This document shows, one piece after another, positions 18,401 to 28,099 of a DNA stretch of 64,000 bases; position 1 is the first letter of the stretch, and every line of letters begins with the position of its first letter. This DNA is from an uncultured Ruficoccus sp. (GTDB taxonomy: Bacteria; Verrucomicrobiota; Verrucomicrobiia; Opitutales; Cerasicoccaceae). Both the position numbers and the translations under genes were made by a program. Where the stretch lies: the NCBI GenBank assembly GCA_965140785.1, contig OZ223475.1:32001-96000 (forward strand). Direction: 5' to 3'. The notes below the pieces were generated by a model that searched no databases, had not been told where the DNA came from, and saw only the letters and a list, made by a program, of their open reading frames with translations.

Positions 18401-19294
18401 ATGCCCGTGCTGATTCATCAGGATGGCGAAGACCTGCGCCACCTGCAAGTCTCCCCTGATACCTGGTTTTACATGAACCACATTCACCGTCACAAAACGG
18501 AGGCGGCGCATGATCATAACTATGCCGAACTGGCATTCGTGCTGGGAGGAAGCGCCCGCCATACGACGATCCGGGGCGAGTCGGTCTGCTCACGTGGAGA
18601 TGTTCTCCTGATCCCACGCGGTGCCTGGCATGGCTACAGTGCCTGCCGACGCTTCGAGGTGGTCAATTGCCTGCTCTCGCCCGCTTTGCTGGAAAACGAA
18701 TTAGCCTGCGTGCGTTCGGAGTATCCTTTCGCTGACTGGCCGGAGTGGACGGAGAGCCTGGGCGGGGTGGAAATCCGCACGCTGCACTTGCCGGAGCGAA
18801 GGTTGGCTGTGGCTCGGCAGCGGCTGGAGGCGTTGGAGGCCGCTTACTGCCGTTGGGGCTCGCGGCTGGAGTTGATCGGGCACCTCTTGTTGACACTCGA
18901 TGTCCTCAAGTCGGCAAGAGGCCCATCCCAATCCCCGTCCTTGCACGTCCATCAGGAGCACCCCTCCATCCGAGCCTCGCTGGCTCTGTTGCATCGGGAC
19001 TACGCCCACGACTGGACACTGGGAAAATTGGCCGGCCATCTGAGGCTCAACAGCAGTTACCTCGTCCGGCTGTTTAACATCCACGTCGGTCAGCCTCCGA
19101 TGAAATACTTGTCCAAAATCCGCGCTCACCGCGCAGCCACCTTGCTCTTGACCACTCGCCTGCGTATCGCCGAGGTGGGCGAACGCGTCGGCTGGCCTGA
19201 GCCCAAGCTCTTTGCCCGCCAGTTTCGGCAGCATTTCTCGATGAGCGCGAGCGATTACCGACACAAACAACTCCAGCCTTTTCAGGCCCGGTGA
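18401..19294 (+). CDS. AraC-family regulator (cupin plus HTH), divergent from the GH78 gene
   Basis: HDHNYAEL cupin; C-terminal IAEVGERVGW...FARQFRQHFSMSASDYR. Confidence 0.88.
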   Translation: MPVLIHQDGEDLRHLQVSPDTWFYMNHIHRHKTEAAHDHNYAELAFVLGGSARHTTIRGESVCSRGDVLLIPRGAWHGYSACRRFEVVNCLLSPALLENELACVRSEYPFADWPEWTESLGGVEIRTLHLPERRLAVARQRLEALEAAYCRWGSRLELIGHLLLTLDVLKSARGPSQSPSLHVHQEHPSIRASLALLHRDYAHDWTLGKLAGHLRLNSSYLVRLFNIHVGQPPMKYLSKIRAHRAATLLLTTRLRIAEVGERVGWPEPKLFARQFRQHFSMSASDYRHKQLQPFQAR

Positions 19295-19524
19295 GCAGCT
19301 ATTTTCCCCGATGCGGCCCACAAAGCCGGTAAAAGCCCCGAGACTATGAGCGATAGATATCCGTGCTGTTAGTGGGCGTGCGGGTATGTTAGAGTCCTTT
19401 TCAGAAAATAAACTTTCTGGGTTTTTACCGCTTGACGCCTTTCCGATGACCCCTACCATTTGCCGTTTTCCTCAATGCGGCATACGCCCAAACGCATTCC
19501 GCAGAGGAGATTGACATTGGTTAC

Positions 19525-19600
<76 letters not shown>

Positions 19601-19603
19601 ATG

Positions 19604-19639
19604 AAAAATCCCGCAAGACCAACGACTTGCGGGATTTTT
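19604..19639 (+). terminator. Intrinsic terminator after tRNA-Lys
   Basis: AAAAATCCCGCAAG-loop-CTTGCGGGATTTTT. Confidence 0.8.
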
Positions 19640-19822
19640 CGTGTCTGGAGTTGGCGGTCATCGGTAAATCACTGTGCCAATCCTGTGCCATTTTTGAGGT
19701 CCTCAAGCTGGGCCATTTGTGGCCATTCTAGGTCAGTCCGAGCCGAGCCGAACCTTCCGCTGCCCCTGGCTCACCATCCTGAGAGCCCAGCCTTTTGCTT
19801 CCGATGGAGCGAATCTTTCCCC

Positions 19823-20205
19823 TGACCTGCCTACGCAAACTGTACCGCGTTGAGAGTTCGTCTGAGCGGGTTAATGATGTGATTAAGGGTTAGGTTGTAG
19901 AGGGAGTCAAGGCTTGGGCGGAAGGAGGGCGTAGCCCGAGTGTCGCCCATGCCTTGGAGGTTGGTTTCGAAGAGTTCTGGTGCGGTTTCTTTTGCCGCAA
20001 ACTCCAGTGGCGTGAGCAGTCCGAGTGAACGGTGAGGTCGGATGTTGTTATACTGGGCGCTACGCTAGTGTCGTCGCTACGCTCCTCGGTACCAGCGCCA
20101 ATCTTCGATGACAACGCGTGCCTCGGTGAGCGTGTAAAACCACTCGCGGTTGAGACACTCGTCGCGTAGTCGTCCGTTGAAGGACTCGATGTAGCCGTTC
20201 TGCCA
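19823..20205 (-). mobile_element. IS3-family remnant: right end plus orfB 3' part
   Basis: TGACCTGCCTACGCAAACTGTACCGC is identical to 59495 onward; similarity to 59495-59840 continues to the WQNGYIESFNGRLRDEC-coding region. Confidence 0.9.
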
Positions 20206-20470
20206 TCTTGGGGATCAGGATAATGGAGAATGCTTTGCTGACAAATATTCTTAAATAACTGGTAAATTCGCTTGCCGACATACCGGGGTAGAGCCCTTGG
20301 GCAATCAAGCCTGCGCTGTATTCGGGTACATAAAAACGAGAGTCGGGTATGGATTGCCTGGTCCCTCCTTCATCGGGATTTGCCGTTTGAGCCGTGGCAA
20401 CAGGCACAAGATTTAACAGGCCGAAAAGCAGGGTGAGCGGGATGCGCCTTGGTAAGAAGGACCGATTCAT
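20206..20470 (-). pseudogene. Exported-protein gene truncated at the IS3 remnant
   Basis: MNRSFLPRRIPLTLLFGLLNLVPVATAQ signal peptide; the frame runs into IS sequence. Confidence 0.45.
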
Positions 20471-20589
20471 CCGGTCTGCCAAACGGCTACTTGAAACCAC
20501 ATGGCTTAATGACCGGATTGACGCCTGTGATGTAGCGATGAACTTTGAAAAGCTATTTGCGTGTTGGGGCGCGCTCTACCTATGACAAA

Positions 20590-21687
20590 TTAAGGGAGGA
20601 GTTTGTTCACGGATTGCCTGTCCACGACCTTGCCTTGGAAAAGCATAATGCCGGGTTTGGCATGGGGTGGGGTGCCGGCAAGGGTCGAGGATATCCAGTG
20701 AACGGCTTCATGCGCCATCTCCACGTAGGGGACGGTGTGGGTGGTGAGTGACGGTTTTAGAAAATCACAAATGCCGGGATCATTATCGCATCCAATCACA
20801 CTGAGATCATCTGGGATGCGAATGGCGTTGCGGTTAGCGTATTGATAGATCGCGGCGGCGATCCAGTCGTTGGCGGCGAAAAGCGCGGTGGGGCGTCGGC
20901 TCTCGGGAAGACTGAGTAATTTTGCTAGCTCCGGATCGATGTCACTGGTGGGAAGGGCCGTTTCCACGGGTGAACCCTGTGGTTGGCGCAGGCGTATGGT
21001 CCAGTCAGGCTCCGTGCTTAGCTCGGCCTCGTCAAGCGCCTGCAGATAACCCATGTAGCGCAGGCTGAAGCTACGGTGAAAGCGTGTATTGCTGACAAAG
21101 CCGATGCGCTGGTGTCCGTGCGAAATCAGGTGTTGCGTGATGCTGTAGCCGGTCCGCATCGAGTCGATGTCGATAAAGGAGTTATCGTTGTCAAAGGGGC
21201 GGCACACGATGCCGAGTTTCGGCATCTGTTTGGGTAATTGTCGTGTGAACTCGTTACTGGGAGAACCGGCGATGAAAATCGCGTCTGCTCCAGAAAGATC
21301 GGGGAAGGGTTCACCGTTGTCTTCATTATAAAAGATCGTCCATAGCCGCCCTCCTTGCTTTTCCAAGCCCACACTAATGGTATGGATGAGGATGTTGGCC
21401 AAGTGCGTGTGTCGCCAGCCCTCGGTGGTATTGACCCATATGAGTGCGACATTCGCGGACGGCGGTGACCCCTTGCCATTGGTGGCAGGAAGTATCTTAC
21501 GCTGTGGGCGGCGACGCTTGCGTTGGGCGCTAAGGTAGCCCAGGTCCTTCGCTGCGGCCAGTACGCGGGCACGTGTTTCTTCGCCGACAGAGCCTGTTTC
21601 GTTAAGGACAAACGAGACAGTTGTGGTCGAAGTGCCAGTTCGTTCAGCTATCTGGGCGAGCGTTACACGTGGGGGCGAAGATCTCAT
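20590..21687 (-). CDS. LacI-family transcriptional regulator
   Basis: VTLAQIAERTGTSTTTVSFVLN HTH; PTALFAANDWIA, IPDDLSVIGCDN, PSLTT. Confidence 0.92.
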   Translation of the reverse strand: MRSSPPRVTLAQIAERTGTSTTTVSFVLNETGSVGEETRARVLAAAKDLGYLSAQRKRRRPQRKILPATNGKGSPPSANVALIWVNTTEGWRHTHLANILIHTISVGLEKQGGRLWTIFYNEDNGEPFPDLSGADAIFIAGSPSNEFTRQLPKQMPKLGIVCRPFDNDNSFIDIDSMRTGYSITQHLISHGHQRIGFVSNTRFHRSFSLRYMGYLQALDEAELSTEPDWTIRLRQPQGSPVETALPTSDIDPELAKLLSLPESRRPTALFAANDWIAAAIYQYANRNAIRIPDDLSVIGCDNDPGICDFLKPSLTTHTVPYVEMAHEAVHWISSTLAGTPPHAKPGIMLFQGKVVDRQSVNKLLP

Positions 21688-21718
21688 ATTGGGTTCGTTA
21701 TGGCTATCTTATGAGCAG

Positions 21719-21906
21719 TTTTTAATTTTAGTAAAATTAAAAATATCCAAAATTTACTAAATATTATGGGTGCCTATCGTGCATAAACTAGTCTTTTTAC
21801 CTTAATTATTCTAGATTTTTAGAGTGTTCGATGAAAATTAACGGATAGCGATAAATTTACTTGCAAAGATTATTATTTAGTAAAATATAAATCCAATTAC
21901 TAAAAG
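21719..21906. promoter_or_regulatory. AT-rich divergent promoter region with repeated TTTAGTAAA/TTTACTAAA operator-like sites
   Basis: Palindrome TTTTTAATTTTA-G-TAAAATTAAAAA at 21719-21743; related copies near 21753, 21876 and 21897. Confidence 0.6.
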
Positions 21907-21939
21907 TTTATTCGTTTACCCCTCTAGCGAATCTTCTCA

Positions 21940-22587
21940 ATGCGTCATCCTATACATACCCCTGGAAAGTCAGCTGCAGCCTTTACGCTTATTGAACTCT
22001 TGGCGGTGATTGTTGTGATTGGCATTCTTGCCGCGATCATCATACCGGTTGTTTCTGATGTGCGCGATAGGGCTCAACTCACCCAGTGTGTGTCCAACCT
22101 GCGACAAATCCATGCTGGATTTGAGCTGTACGCTCCCGAACATCAAAACACCTATCCGAGATTTTATAGTGATGGGGAGGGCGGGGATCAGACCTGGATG
22201 GCGAAGCTGGCTCCCTATGTGGGCATGGTCGATGGCTACATCGGGTCGGACTTTAAAACACAGCAGCGATCGGCAGGGATCTTTATATGCCCCAGTTATG
22301 ACCCGGAAAAAGTTGCGGCTCGGCGCGTCTCATACGCTTGTAATGGCTACCTGAAAAGGGATCCCTGGAACTACCGCCGAGCTGTGATTCCTGAGCCGGC
22401 GAAAACAATCATTGTGGGCGAGATCGACCGTAACTCCGAGACGATCAAGACCATGGATTATGACATTGTGGCGCGGCATCCAGACAAGAGCGCCAACTTT
22501 CTTTTTGCTGACGGACATGTCAGTAATATCCCCAACGCCGAGGAACTTGATTACAGCGAAAATCGGATGGTATGGCGCTGGTGGTAA
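21940..22587 (+). CDS. Prepilin-type N-methylation protein with C-terminal H-X9-DG motif
   Basis: AFTLIELLAVIVVIGILAAIIIP, CVSNLRQI, FICPS, RHPDKSANFLFADGHV. Confidence 0.92.
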   Translation: MRHPIHTPGKSAAAFTLIELLAVIVVIGILAAIIIPVVSDVRDRAQLTQCVSNLRQIHAGFELYAPEHQNTYPRFYSDGEGGDQTWMAKLAPYVGMVDGYIGSDFKTQQRSAGIFICPSYDPEKVAARRVSYACNGYLKRDPWNYRRAVIPEPAKTIIVGEIDRNSETIKTMDYDIVARHPDKSANFLFADGHVSNIPNAEELDYSENRMVWRWW

Positions 22588-22653
22588 GGACGTTAAGCCA
22601 TTTTTACACTTACTTTCACTGATCAATATGAAACACAGTAACCCCCGATAACC

Positions 22654-23460
22654 ATGATTGCACTCCGTACCCAAACTCTCGTCTTCACGCTTTGTCGCAT
22701 CGCATCGCTGACGGCGCTCGCTACGCTTCCGGCCGTCGCTGTTCAGGCGCAGACCGTGATCCTACAGGAAGACTTTTCCAACCCGCCGTGGTCCTCACTG
22801 CCAACGTCGCTGACGTCGTCCAGCCAGAACGGATGGATCGGTAATGATGGCGACACTGGAATCACCTCTGAGGTCATGGATTATGACGGTGGGCAATCGC
22901 TCTATATCAGCGACAATAGCACGTCAGCATCAGCTAAAGCCCGTTATGACCTCGGAGAAAACTATGACAATGGCTACATCGAGTTTTCGGTGAAGGATAC
23001 GGGGTCTTCGGGAGTGCTCTATTTTTACGGCTATGATACCGGCTCGACCAGCTCGAGTGCGCGTAATTTTATATTGACGATCAACCGCTCGAGCGAAGAA
23101 ATCTCTCTCATCTCCGTCGTCGACGGCTCGAGTTCGACGCGCAGCGATAACGTCAGTTTTGCGGATGCTGACTACACGGATGGGGACTGGAACTCTGTTC
23201 GCATCTATTTCGACGATGAGAGCAAGAGCGCTTACGTCTCCATAAACGGATCCAACATTTCAGGACTCTCTGTGGAGAATGAAAATACGAACTGGCGGCT
23301 TGGAAACTTCGAGTTGGTGGCCGGGTATAGCTCGGGCACTGGGCCTTCCGGGCATTTTGACGACATCCAGGTCGCTGTCGTTCCCGAGCCTTCAGGAGCT
23401 GCTCTGATCGGCGGAGCGCTGCTGGTCGTAGCGATTGGCATCCGCCGCATTCGTCGCTGA
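22654..23460 (+). CDS. PEP-CTERM sorting domain protein
   Basis: Signal peptide; C-terminal VPEPSGAALIGGALLVVAIGIRRIRR. Confidence 0.92.
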   Translation: MIALRTQTLVFTLCRIASLTALATLPAVAVQAQTVILQEDFSNPPWSSLPTSLTSSSQNGWIGNDGDTGITSEVMDYDGGQSLYISDNSTSASAKARYDLGENYDNGYIEFSVKDTGSSGVLYFYGYDTGSTSSSARNFILTINRSSEEISLISVVDGSSSTRSDNVSFADADYTDGDWNSVRIYFDDESKSAYVSINGSNISGLSVENENTNWRLGNFELVAGYSSGTGPSGHFDDIQVAVVPEPSGAALIGGALLVVAIGIRRIRR

Positions 23461-23626
23461 GCTTGGTCAGTGCCTCCTTCAACGTCCGTAACTGCGCGGG
23501 CGTTGAAGGAGATTGCGTTGTCAAAAGTCAGAGTCACAGGTAGTACCGGTGCTCACCGCTCTTATCAAGCAGATGAGTGTGCCGCGTCTATCGAGTTCCT
23601 CCATTGCTTAATCCCAAATACTCCAA

Positions 23627-26128
23627 ATGAAAATACTCGCTAGAACGATGACGTTTCTCGGCCTGTCAGTGGCAACCCTGGCGGCTCAGGATATTCCGAT
23701 CGAGAATCCCGGTTTTGAAGCGGTCATGAGCGGGTGGCGTATCCCCAGTCAGGATGGAGGAATGAGTCGCATCACCAGCGATGCGGCCAAAACCGGGAGC
23801 TACGGTGCCCAGGTTATTGATTCGTCCGGCGCAGCTGGAAGCAGTCTGGAATCTCAGAAAATAGCGATTAGGGGTGGGGAAGGCTACCGCTTGTCCTATG
23901 ACGCCAAGGTGGTCAGTGGTGGCGGTATTGGCGTGTATCTGCTGTTTTTTGACAGTACTGGTGCGAAGATACAACAGGACGAACCAACGGTGAAATCCAT
24001 GCGCGAAATGTGGGGCTGGCAGCGCCATGAACTCGTCTGTGTGGCTCCTGCGCAAGCGGTTGAGCTTGCTGTATGGGTCCATTCCTACCGTGTATCGGAG
24101 GTCGAGGCGTTTTTTGATAACTTCGCGGTTGAGCAAATCCCGGCAAGTGAGGCCGAGAAGATTCTCAAAAGCCAAGCCGGGCCGGAAGCGCCGATGTTTC
24201 CGAAGGAGGATCCGGAGCATGAGTTTTCCGCTTATAAAGTTTATCAACCCGACGGAAGCGTTTTGCGCACACCGGTAGAAGATTGGGAGGGCGCCCGGCA
24301 GCGGGTTGCCAATGATCCCGGTTGGGCTCAATGGTTGGCCGATCGGGAGGCGGAGGTTACCGCCTGGATGGACTCTCATCAGGACCGTGCAGAGTGGCAG
24401 GGTGGTTGGTGGCACAATTTTGTCAGCCCGGTTGACGGGGCATTTTTGGTCTGGACGGATGAGGTGCCCGGTGAAGACGTGGAGTATCTCATGAGCAGGA
24501 GCGGGGATCAGGTTGCCGTGACCACGGATATTTTTGAAGGCTGGGTCTTCGGCTTTCGTAAGCGCAACTTTGCCAACATGGTGGAAGCTGCCCGGCTCTA
24601 CCACCTCACGGGCGAGACCCGCTATGCGGACTGGGTGGTGGAGCAACTGGATTTTTACGCCGACAACTACGAGGGTTGGGGTAACAACCCGCGACAACGG
24701 AAGGGGTCGCACCTGGGTTGGCAAGCGCTGGAAGACGCGACCTGGTTGGCAAAAATGGTCGAGAGCGCGCGTCTGGTTTTTGATTACGTGAGCGAGCCCG
24801 AAAGGCAGTATTGGTATGATCACTTGTTCAAGCCGCAGGCTGACCTGCTGACCGGCCAGGGACAGTACGTGCACAACATACCCATGTGGTTCCGGTCAGC
24901 CGCCGCCCAAGTCGCCTTGCTTTATGACGATGAGGACTTGTGGGACACGACAATAAACGGTCCCTTTGGCCTGCGCGATCAGTTTGAGAAAGGTGTGACG
25001 AGCGACTATTTCTGGTACGAGCAGTCGATGGGCTACAACAGCTACATCATGATGGCGACCTATCCGCTGTTTGTCTTCGCCGGATTATTAGACGAAGGGG
25101 AACGCCTTGAGCCAGAAGCAGCGATTTTGCAAAATCTGATGCTTGCTCCCTATACGCTGGCTTTCCCCGATGGCCGCATTCCGAATCCCGCGGATGCGAG
25201 CGGTCCGGCCAAGCTCACCGCTGGCTCTCTGGGAAGAATCTATCGCGTGCTGCCGACTTGGGCTGGCTTGGATGTTGCCGCCGGTCAGCGTTCCTGGGAC
25301 ACCTTAATTGATCCTCCGGAGGCGGTTCAGGGCGATGCGTCACTCCCTGACGTGGAGCCCCGTCTGATGGAAAGTTCACGTTTTGCGGTGATCAAGGACG
25401 GTCCCTGGCAGGTGTTTTTACATGCTGGTCAGCTCTGCCGGTCTCACTCGCAGGCCGAGGCATTGAATTGGTCCGCTTACTTTGGGGAGACGCTTGTTTC
25501 ACAGGATGCAGGCACGGTTGGCTATGGCTCGCCGCTGGCGAAAGGCTACTACTCGCGAGGCTTGGCACATAATGTTCCGTTGATTGGCGGTTACGGCCAG
25601 CAGGGCTGGAATCCCGGTGAGTTCTTGGACTACAGTATGCAACCTGCCCGGATTCAGGCGGTACAGGAACAGTATCGCGATGGTATCTGTGCGGAGCGAA
25701 CGATTGCCGTCGTGGGAAATGCACTGGTCGATGAGGTAAGTGTTACTGTTGCGGAGAGTGGGGCAGCGAAACCCATTGGGCTGGCTTTGCATCTGGAGGG
25801 CACGCCAAGCGTCGGAGGATCGTTTGTATCGGTGCCTGCGGCTGCGTTCGCTGAGGGACGGTCGTCTGCTTTTGGCTACTGGCAAGATGTTGTGTCTGCC
25901 GATTTTGTCGGGACGGCTGTTGTGCCAGTTGCTTTCGACGGTGGTTTGGTCCTCGATGTTACCTTCAGCTACCCCGGATCATTCACACTCTATATCGGAG
26001 ATGCTCCGGGGCAACCACCTGCCAGGCACGCGGCTTTTTATCTTGAGACGGAAGCTTATGGGCAAGCGACGATAAGAACAACCCTCGTGCCCGCTCAAGT
26101 GCCTGAAACAGCTTCACTGGGCGAATGA
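23627..26128 (+). CDS. Secreted polysaccharide lyase-like protein (CBM-like N-terminus, alginate-lyase/heparinase II/III-like domains)
   Basis: Signal peptide, IENPGFE CBM4/9-like start, QALEDATW, HNIPMW, WYEQSMGYNSY, HSQAEALN, DAGTVGYGSP, AHNVPLI. Confidence 0.75.
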   Translation: MKILARTMTFLGLSVATLAAQDIPIENPGFEAVMSGWRIPSQDGGMSRITSDAAKTGSYGAQVIDSSGAAGSSLESQKIAIRGGEGYRLSYDAKVVSGGGIGVYLLFFDSTGAKIQQDEPTVKSMREMWGWQRHELVCVAPAQAVELAVWVHSYRVSEVEAFFDNFAVEQIPASEAEKILKSQAGPEAPMFPKEDPEHEFSAYKVYQPDGSVLRTPVEDWEGARQRVANDPGWAQWLADREAEVTAWMDSHQDRAEWQGGWWHNFVSPVDGAFLVWTDEVPGEDVEYLMSRSGDQVAVTTDIFEGWVFGFRKRNFANMVEAARLYHLTGETRYADWVVEQLDFYADNYEGWGNNPRQRKGSHLGWQALEDATWLAKMVESARLVFDYVSEPERQYWYDHLFKPQADLLTGQGQYVHNIPMWFRSAAAQVALLYDDEDLWDTTINGPFGLRDQFEKGVTSDYFWYEQSMGYNSYIMMATYPLFVFAGLLDEGERLEPEAAILQNLMLAPYTLAFPDGRIPNPADASGPAKLTAGSLGRIYRVLPTWAGLDVAAGQRSWDTLIDPPEAVQGDASLPDVEPRLMESSRFAVIKDGPWQVFLHAGQLCRSHSQAEALNWSAYFGETLVSQDAGTVGYGSPLAKGYYSRGLAHNVPLIGGYGQQGWNPGEFLDYSMQPARIQAVQEQYRDGICAERTIAVVGNALVDEVSVTVAESGAAKPIGLALHLEGTPSVGGSFVSVPAAAFAEGRSSAFGYWQDVVSADFVGTAVVPVAFDGGLVLDVTFSYPGSFTLYIGDAPGQPPARHAAFYLETEAYGQATIRTTLVPAQVPETASLGE

Positions 26129-26257
26129 TAATAGGCTCAAGCTGGTCGGGGCTCAGCGGTCATGAGCGCGGACGCGATCCTTGGCGTACTGCTGAGAAAC
26201 CTGATTCTGCCATGATCATTACAACCATGAAAAGCTGACTGCGCTTTCGCTACTGAA

Positions 26258-28063
26258 ATGACATTAGAATACATAACCTTGGTCGTTTACCTTGTTGTCC
26301 TGCTTGCCTTGGGGGCGTACTTCAAGAAGTTTACGCGTGACCTCAGTGACTTTGTCCGCGGGGGCGCTCAGGGGAGTTGGTGGCTTGTCGGGATGAGTAT
26401 TCTGATGTCCTCGATCAGCGCTTTTACCTTTACGGGTAATGCATCGGCTGCCTATGAGGCGGGCCCGTCGTTACTGGTTATCTACGCCGCGAATTGCCTG
26501 GGGTTGATGTGTGGCGCATTATTCCTGGGGCCTTGGCTGAGGCAGACGCGTGCCTACACCAGTGCTGATGTCGTGCGCGCGCGCTATGGTGTGCCGGTGG
26601 AGCAGTTTGGAGCCTGCTTTGGCGTGCTGATTGGTCCACTCGGTGCGGCGATTCAACTCTATGCTTTGTCGTTTTTCACCAGCACGGTTATGGGGCTTCC
26701 GCTGCTGCCCACAATGGTGACCATCGCCGTCATTGTGACATTCTACTCCACCAGCGGTGGCAAGTGGGCGGTGATGGCAACGGACTTTGTGCAGGCCATG
26801 GTTATGCTCTCGATTACGTTTCTTGTCTGTTACCTATCGCTCCGGGAGGTGGGAGGGCTTTCCGGGTTTTTCTCGTTGTTCAGCGATCCTAAGTTCGCGA
26901 CGGACTTTCAGTTCATCAAGGAGCCCGGTTCTTTCCCCGGTGATCGATACACGCTGATGTGGGCGGTGATGGTGTTCATCATGCAGGTGAACTCACAACT
27001 CAGCCTCTCCGCTTCAGGCCGATACATTGCTGCCAAGGACGGGCGTGAGGCATCACGGGCCTCCTGGCTGGCGTTTGTGTTGATGGCTTTGGGGAGCGCG
27101 GTGTGGTTTATCCCGCCGATGGTTGCGCGGTTTGTATATGCCGATGAGATCATGGCCTCGACAATGGAAAACCCCGCCGACAGTGCCTACGCGTTCATTG
27201 CGATGAAGCTACTTCCCAACGGGTTGGTAGGCCTGTTGATCGCCGCCATGTTTGCTGCGACTATGAGTAGTATGGACACCGGACTCAATGCGCAGGTGGG
27301 CGTGCTGGTGCGCAACATCATCCCGCGCTTTCGTGGTGCGATTGGTAAGACCGAGCCGTTGACGACGAAGGTGGAAATGAAGATCTGCCACGTGGCTACG
27401 GTGTGTCTAGGCTGCCTGATTGTGACCTACGGGTTTCTCTTTGCGACACAGGACAAGATCGTCCTCTTCGATGCGAGTCTGATGATTGCCTCGGTTATCG
27501 GTGTCCCTATGGCTTTCCCGATGTTCGTAGGGTTGTGGCTGAAGCGCTTGCCCAAGTGGTCGTATTTTCCAATTTTCACGGCATGCCTGGCGCCGTCCAT
27601 CTGGTCTTTTATCGACAGCAAAGTGTATGGTGTCAGCTGGACGATCCAGGACCGTGCATTGTGGATTGTTATCTGTGGCACGAGCGCATCGGTCCTGTGC
27701 CTTTTGCTTTCGAAGCTGAATACGCAAAAGGCGCGCGAAGACGTGCATGAGTTTTTTACACTGATGCATACCCCGATCGACTATGATAAGGAGATCGGGC
27801 GATCGAGCGTGGACTACGAGCAGTACTTTGCCTTGTCCAAGGCTGTCTTTGTCGTCGGCGGGTTAATCCTGCTGATCCTTGTTGTGCCCAACTCGGTCTT
27901 TGCACGTATGAGTATCCTTGCTGTTGCGCTGAGTGTCCTCGCGGTCGGTGCTTTGCTGTGGGTGGGAGGTCTGCGCGTGAAGAAGCGTCTGGTGCTTGAG
28001 ACGGCAAAGCCGGAAGCCGTTGGGAGTTATGAAGCGGCAAAGTCAACGGCTGGTGAATCCTGA
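26258..28063 (+). CDS. Sodium:solute symporter family transporter
   Basis: Many TM helices; SSISAFTFTG, GGKWAVMATDFVQ, GLLIAAMFAATMSSMD. Confidence 0.9.
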   Translation: MTLEYITLVVYLVVLLALGAYFKKFTRDLSDFVRGGAQGSWWLVGMSILMSSISAFTFTGNASAAYEAGPSLLVIYAANCLGLMCGALFLGPWLRQTRAYTSADVVRARYGVPVEQFGACFGVLIGPLGAAIQLYALSFFTSTVMGLPLLPTMVTIAVIVTFYSTSGGKWAVMATDFVQAMVMLSITFLVCYLSLREVGGLSGFFSLFSDPKFATDFQFIKEPGSFPGDRYTLMWAVMVFIMQVNSQLSLSASGRYIAAKDGREASRASWLAFVLMALGSAVWFIPPMVARFVYADEIMASTMENPADSAYAFIAMKLLPNGLVGLLIAAMFAATMSSMDTGLNAQVGVLVRNIIPRFRGAIGKTEPLTTKVEMKICHVATVCLGCLIVTYGFLFATQDKIVLFDASLMIASVIGVPMAFPMFVGLWLKRLPKWSYFPIFTACLAPSIWSFIDSKVYGVSWTIQDRALWIVICGTSASVLCLLLSKLNTQKAREDVHEFFTLMHTPIDYDKEIGRSSVDYEQYFALSKAVFVVGGLILLILVVPNSVFARMSILAVALSVLAVGALLWVGGLRVKKRLVLETAKPEAVGSYEAAKSTAGES

Positions 28064-28099
28064 AGCAAACAGAGCTGCTAATATTTTTGAAGATTTGAA

